From Candidatus Eiseniibacteriota bacterium (GTDB taxonomy: Bacteria; ARS69): DNA of 16,512 nt. Made by a program: the position numbers and the translations under genes. The notes beneath the pieces were generated by a model. It searched no databases. It saw nothing but the letters and a program-made list of their open reading frames with translations, and was not told the origin of the DNA. Each line of letters opens with the position of its first letter. Position 1 is the first letter of the stretch. The stretch is from NCBI GenBank assembly GCA_052390515.1, contig JBQTGV010000175.1:1-16512 (forward strand). Reading direction: 5' to 3'. This document shows positions 15,524 to 16,512 of this stretch, one piece after another.

Positions 15524-16417
15524 ATGCCGTCGCTCCCGCTCGGGGAGTCCGCCGCTCTGGCGACCGCCTTCTGCTGGGCGGCCACCGCGCTGTTCTTCGA
15601 GTCGGCGAGCCGGCGCGTCGGATCGCTGCCCGTGAACCTGATCCGGCTGCTGATCGGCGCCGTGCTGCTGGCGGCGCTGAACAGCGTACGCCGCGGGCTG
15701 CTCTTCCCCGTCGACGCGCCCGCGTCGGCCTGGCTCTGGCTCGGGGTATCGGGGCTCATCGGCTTCGCCTTCGGAGACCTGTGTCTGTTCCGCGCCTTCG
15801 TGCTGATCGGCGCGCGCCTCTCCGTGCTCATCATGTCGCTGGTGCCGCCGCTCACCGCGCTCATCGGGATCTCCGTGCTGGGCGAGACCCTGCGAGCCGA
15901 TCAGTGGCTCGGGATGGCGATGACCGTCGGCGGCGTGGTCTGGGTCGTGCTGGAGCGGCCGAAGGCAGCCGTGGAGGCCGGCCACCGGCCCGCGCTCAGC
16001 GGGATCCTGCTGGGGGTCGGCGGCGCGGTGGGCCAGGCCGTCGGTCTGGTGCTCAGCAAGCGCGGCATGGGCTCGTTCGACGCCCTCGCCGCGAACCAGA
16101 TCCGCGTGGCCGCCGGAATCCTGGGATTCGCCGCGATCTTCACCGTGACGCGCCGGTGGGGGCCGTTCGCCGAGGCCTTTCGCCACCGCCACGCGATGGC
16201 GCGCACGTTCGCCGGCGGCGTCTTCGGTCCGTTCCTCGGCGTGTCGCTCTCGCTCGTCGCGGTGCAGCACACCGAGGCCGGAGTGGCCGCCACCATCATG
16301 GCCGTCACCCCGCTGATCCTCCTGCCGGTGTCGATCCTGCGCGGCGAGCACGTGTCCTCGCGCGCGGCGATCGGCGCGCTGCTCGCCGTGGCGGGCACGG
16401 TGCTGCTGTTCTCGTGA
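15524..16417 (+). CDS. EamA/DMT family transporter (297 aa)
   Basis: About 10 hydrophobic segments in two repeats, with motifs GESAALATAFCWA, LIRL, SGLIGFAFGD and LGETL...G. Starts 6 nt after the acyl-CoA synthetase stop. Confidence 0.9.
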   Translation: MPSLPLGESAALATAFCWAATALFFESASRRVGSLPVNLIRLLIGAVLLAALNSVRRGLLFPVDAPASAWLWLGVSGLIGFAFGDLCLFRAFVLIGARLSVLIMSLVPPLTALIGISVLGETLRADQWLGMAMTVGGVVWVVLERPKAAVEAGHRPALSGILLGVGGAVGQAVGLVLSKRGMGSFDALAANQIRVAAGILGFAAIFTVTRRWGPFAEAFRHRHAMARTFAGGVFGPFLGVSLSLVAVQHTEAGVAATIMAVTPLILLPVSILRGEHVSSRAAIGALLAVAGTVLLFS

Positions 16418-16423
16418 AGCGCC

Positions 16424-16512
16424 TCAGCGAGCGGCGGCGCCCACCCAGCTCCGCAGGAGCGTGGCGAACAGCTCCGGCACGAGCGCCATGCGCTCCGGCG
16501 TTTCCACGTAGG
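16424..16512 (-). CDS. 3' end of a convergent gene truncated by the window edge
   Basis: Open minus frame ...YVETPERMALVPELFATLLRSWVGAAAR* with GC-rich third positions. Its TGA lies 6 nt from the EamA stop. Identity unknown. Confidence 0.5.
   Translation of the reverse strand, partial: YVETPERMALVPELFATLLRSWVGAAAR

Noticed and set aside
14093-16351. 752-aa minus-strand ORF
   Set aside because: It is an antisense shadow of the acyl-CoA synthetase and EamA genes, with Arg/Gly/Ala/His-rich composition and no motifs, as expected from stop-codon scarcity at high GC.
1-16512. CRISPR arrays, tRNA/rRNA genes, IS elements, integrases or prophage genes
   Set aside because: No repeat-spacer periodicity, cloverleaf motifs, or transposase or phage proteins were seen, and the intergenic spaces are short.

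Overview
GC-rich, densely coding chromosomal window from a diderm bacterium (it encodes a predicted outer-membrane beta-barrel and two lipobox lipoproteins). I found no mobile elements, CRISPR arrays, tRNA or rRNA genes. Gene order: NAD-type isocitrate dehydrogenase-family gene (-); degenerate SatD-like HTH protein (-); cytoplasmic GH13 alpha-amylase-family enzyme (+); glucokinase (-); YceI-family protein (+) behind a candidate ECF-sigma promoter; ABC-F ettA (-) preceded by a 53-aa membrane microprotein absent from the ORF track, whose stop overlaps the ettA start; an unrecognised envelope trio (beta-barrel +, lipoprotein +, lipoprotein -); a two-gene unit of a Twitch/SPASM radical SAM enzyme plus a ceramide-glucosyltransferase/HpnI-like membrane glycosyltransferase (+); corA (-); an AAE17/18-like acyl-CoA synthetase with an EamA transporter (+); and partial genes at both edges. 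The best candidates for undescribed biology are the radical SAM + GT21-like pair (possible modified-glycolipid pathway), the microprotein coupled to ettA, and the envelope trio. All family calls come from motif recognition only, with no database searches.
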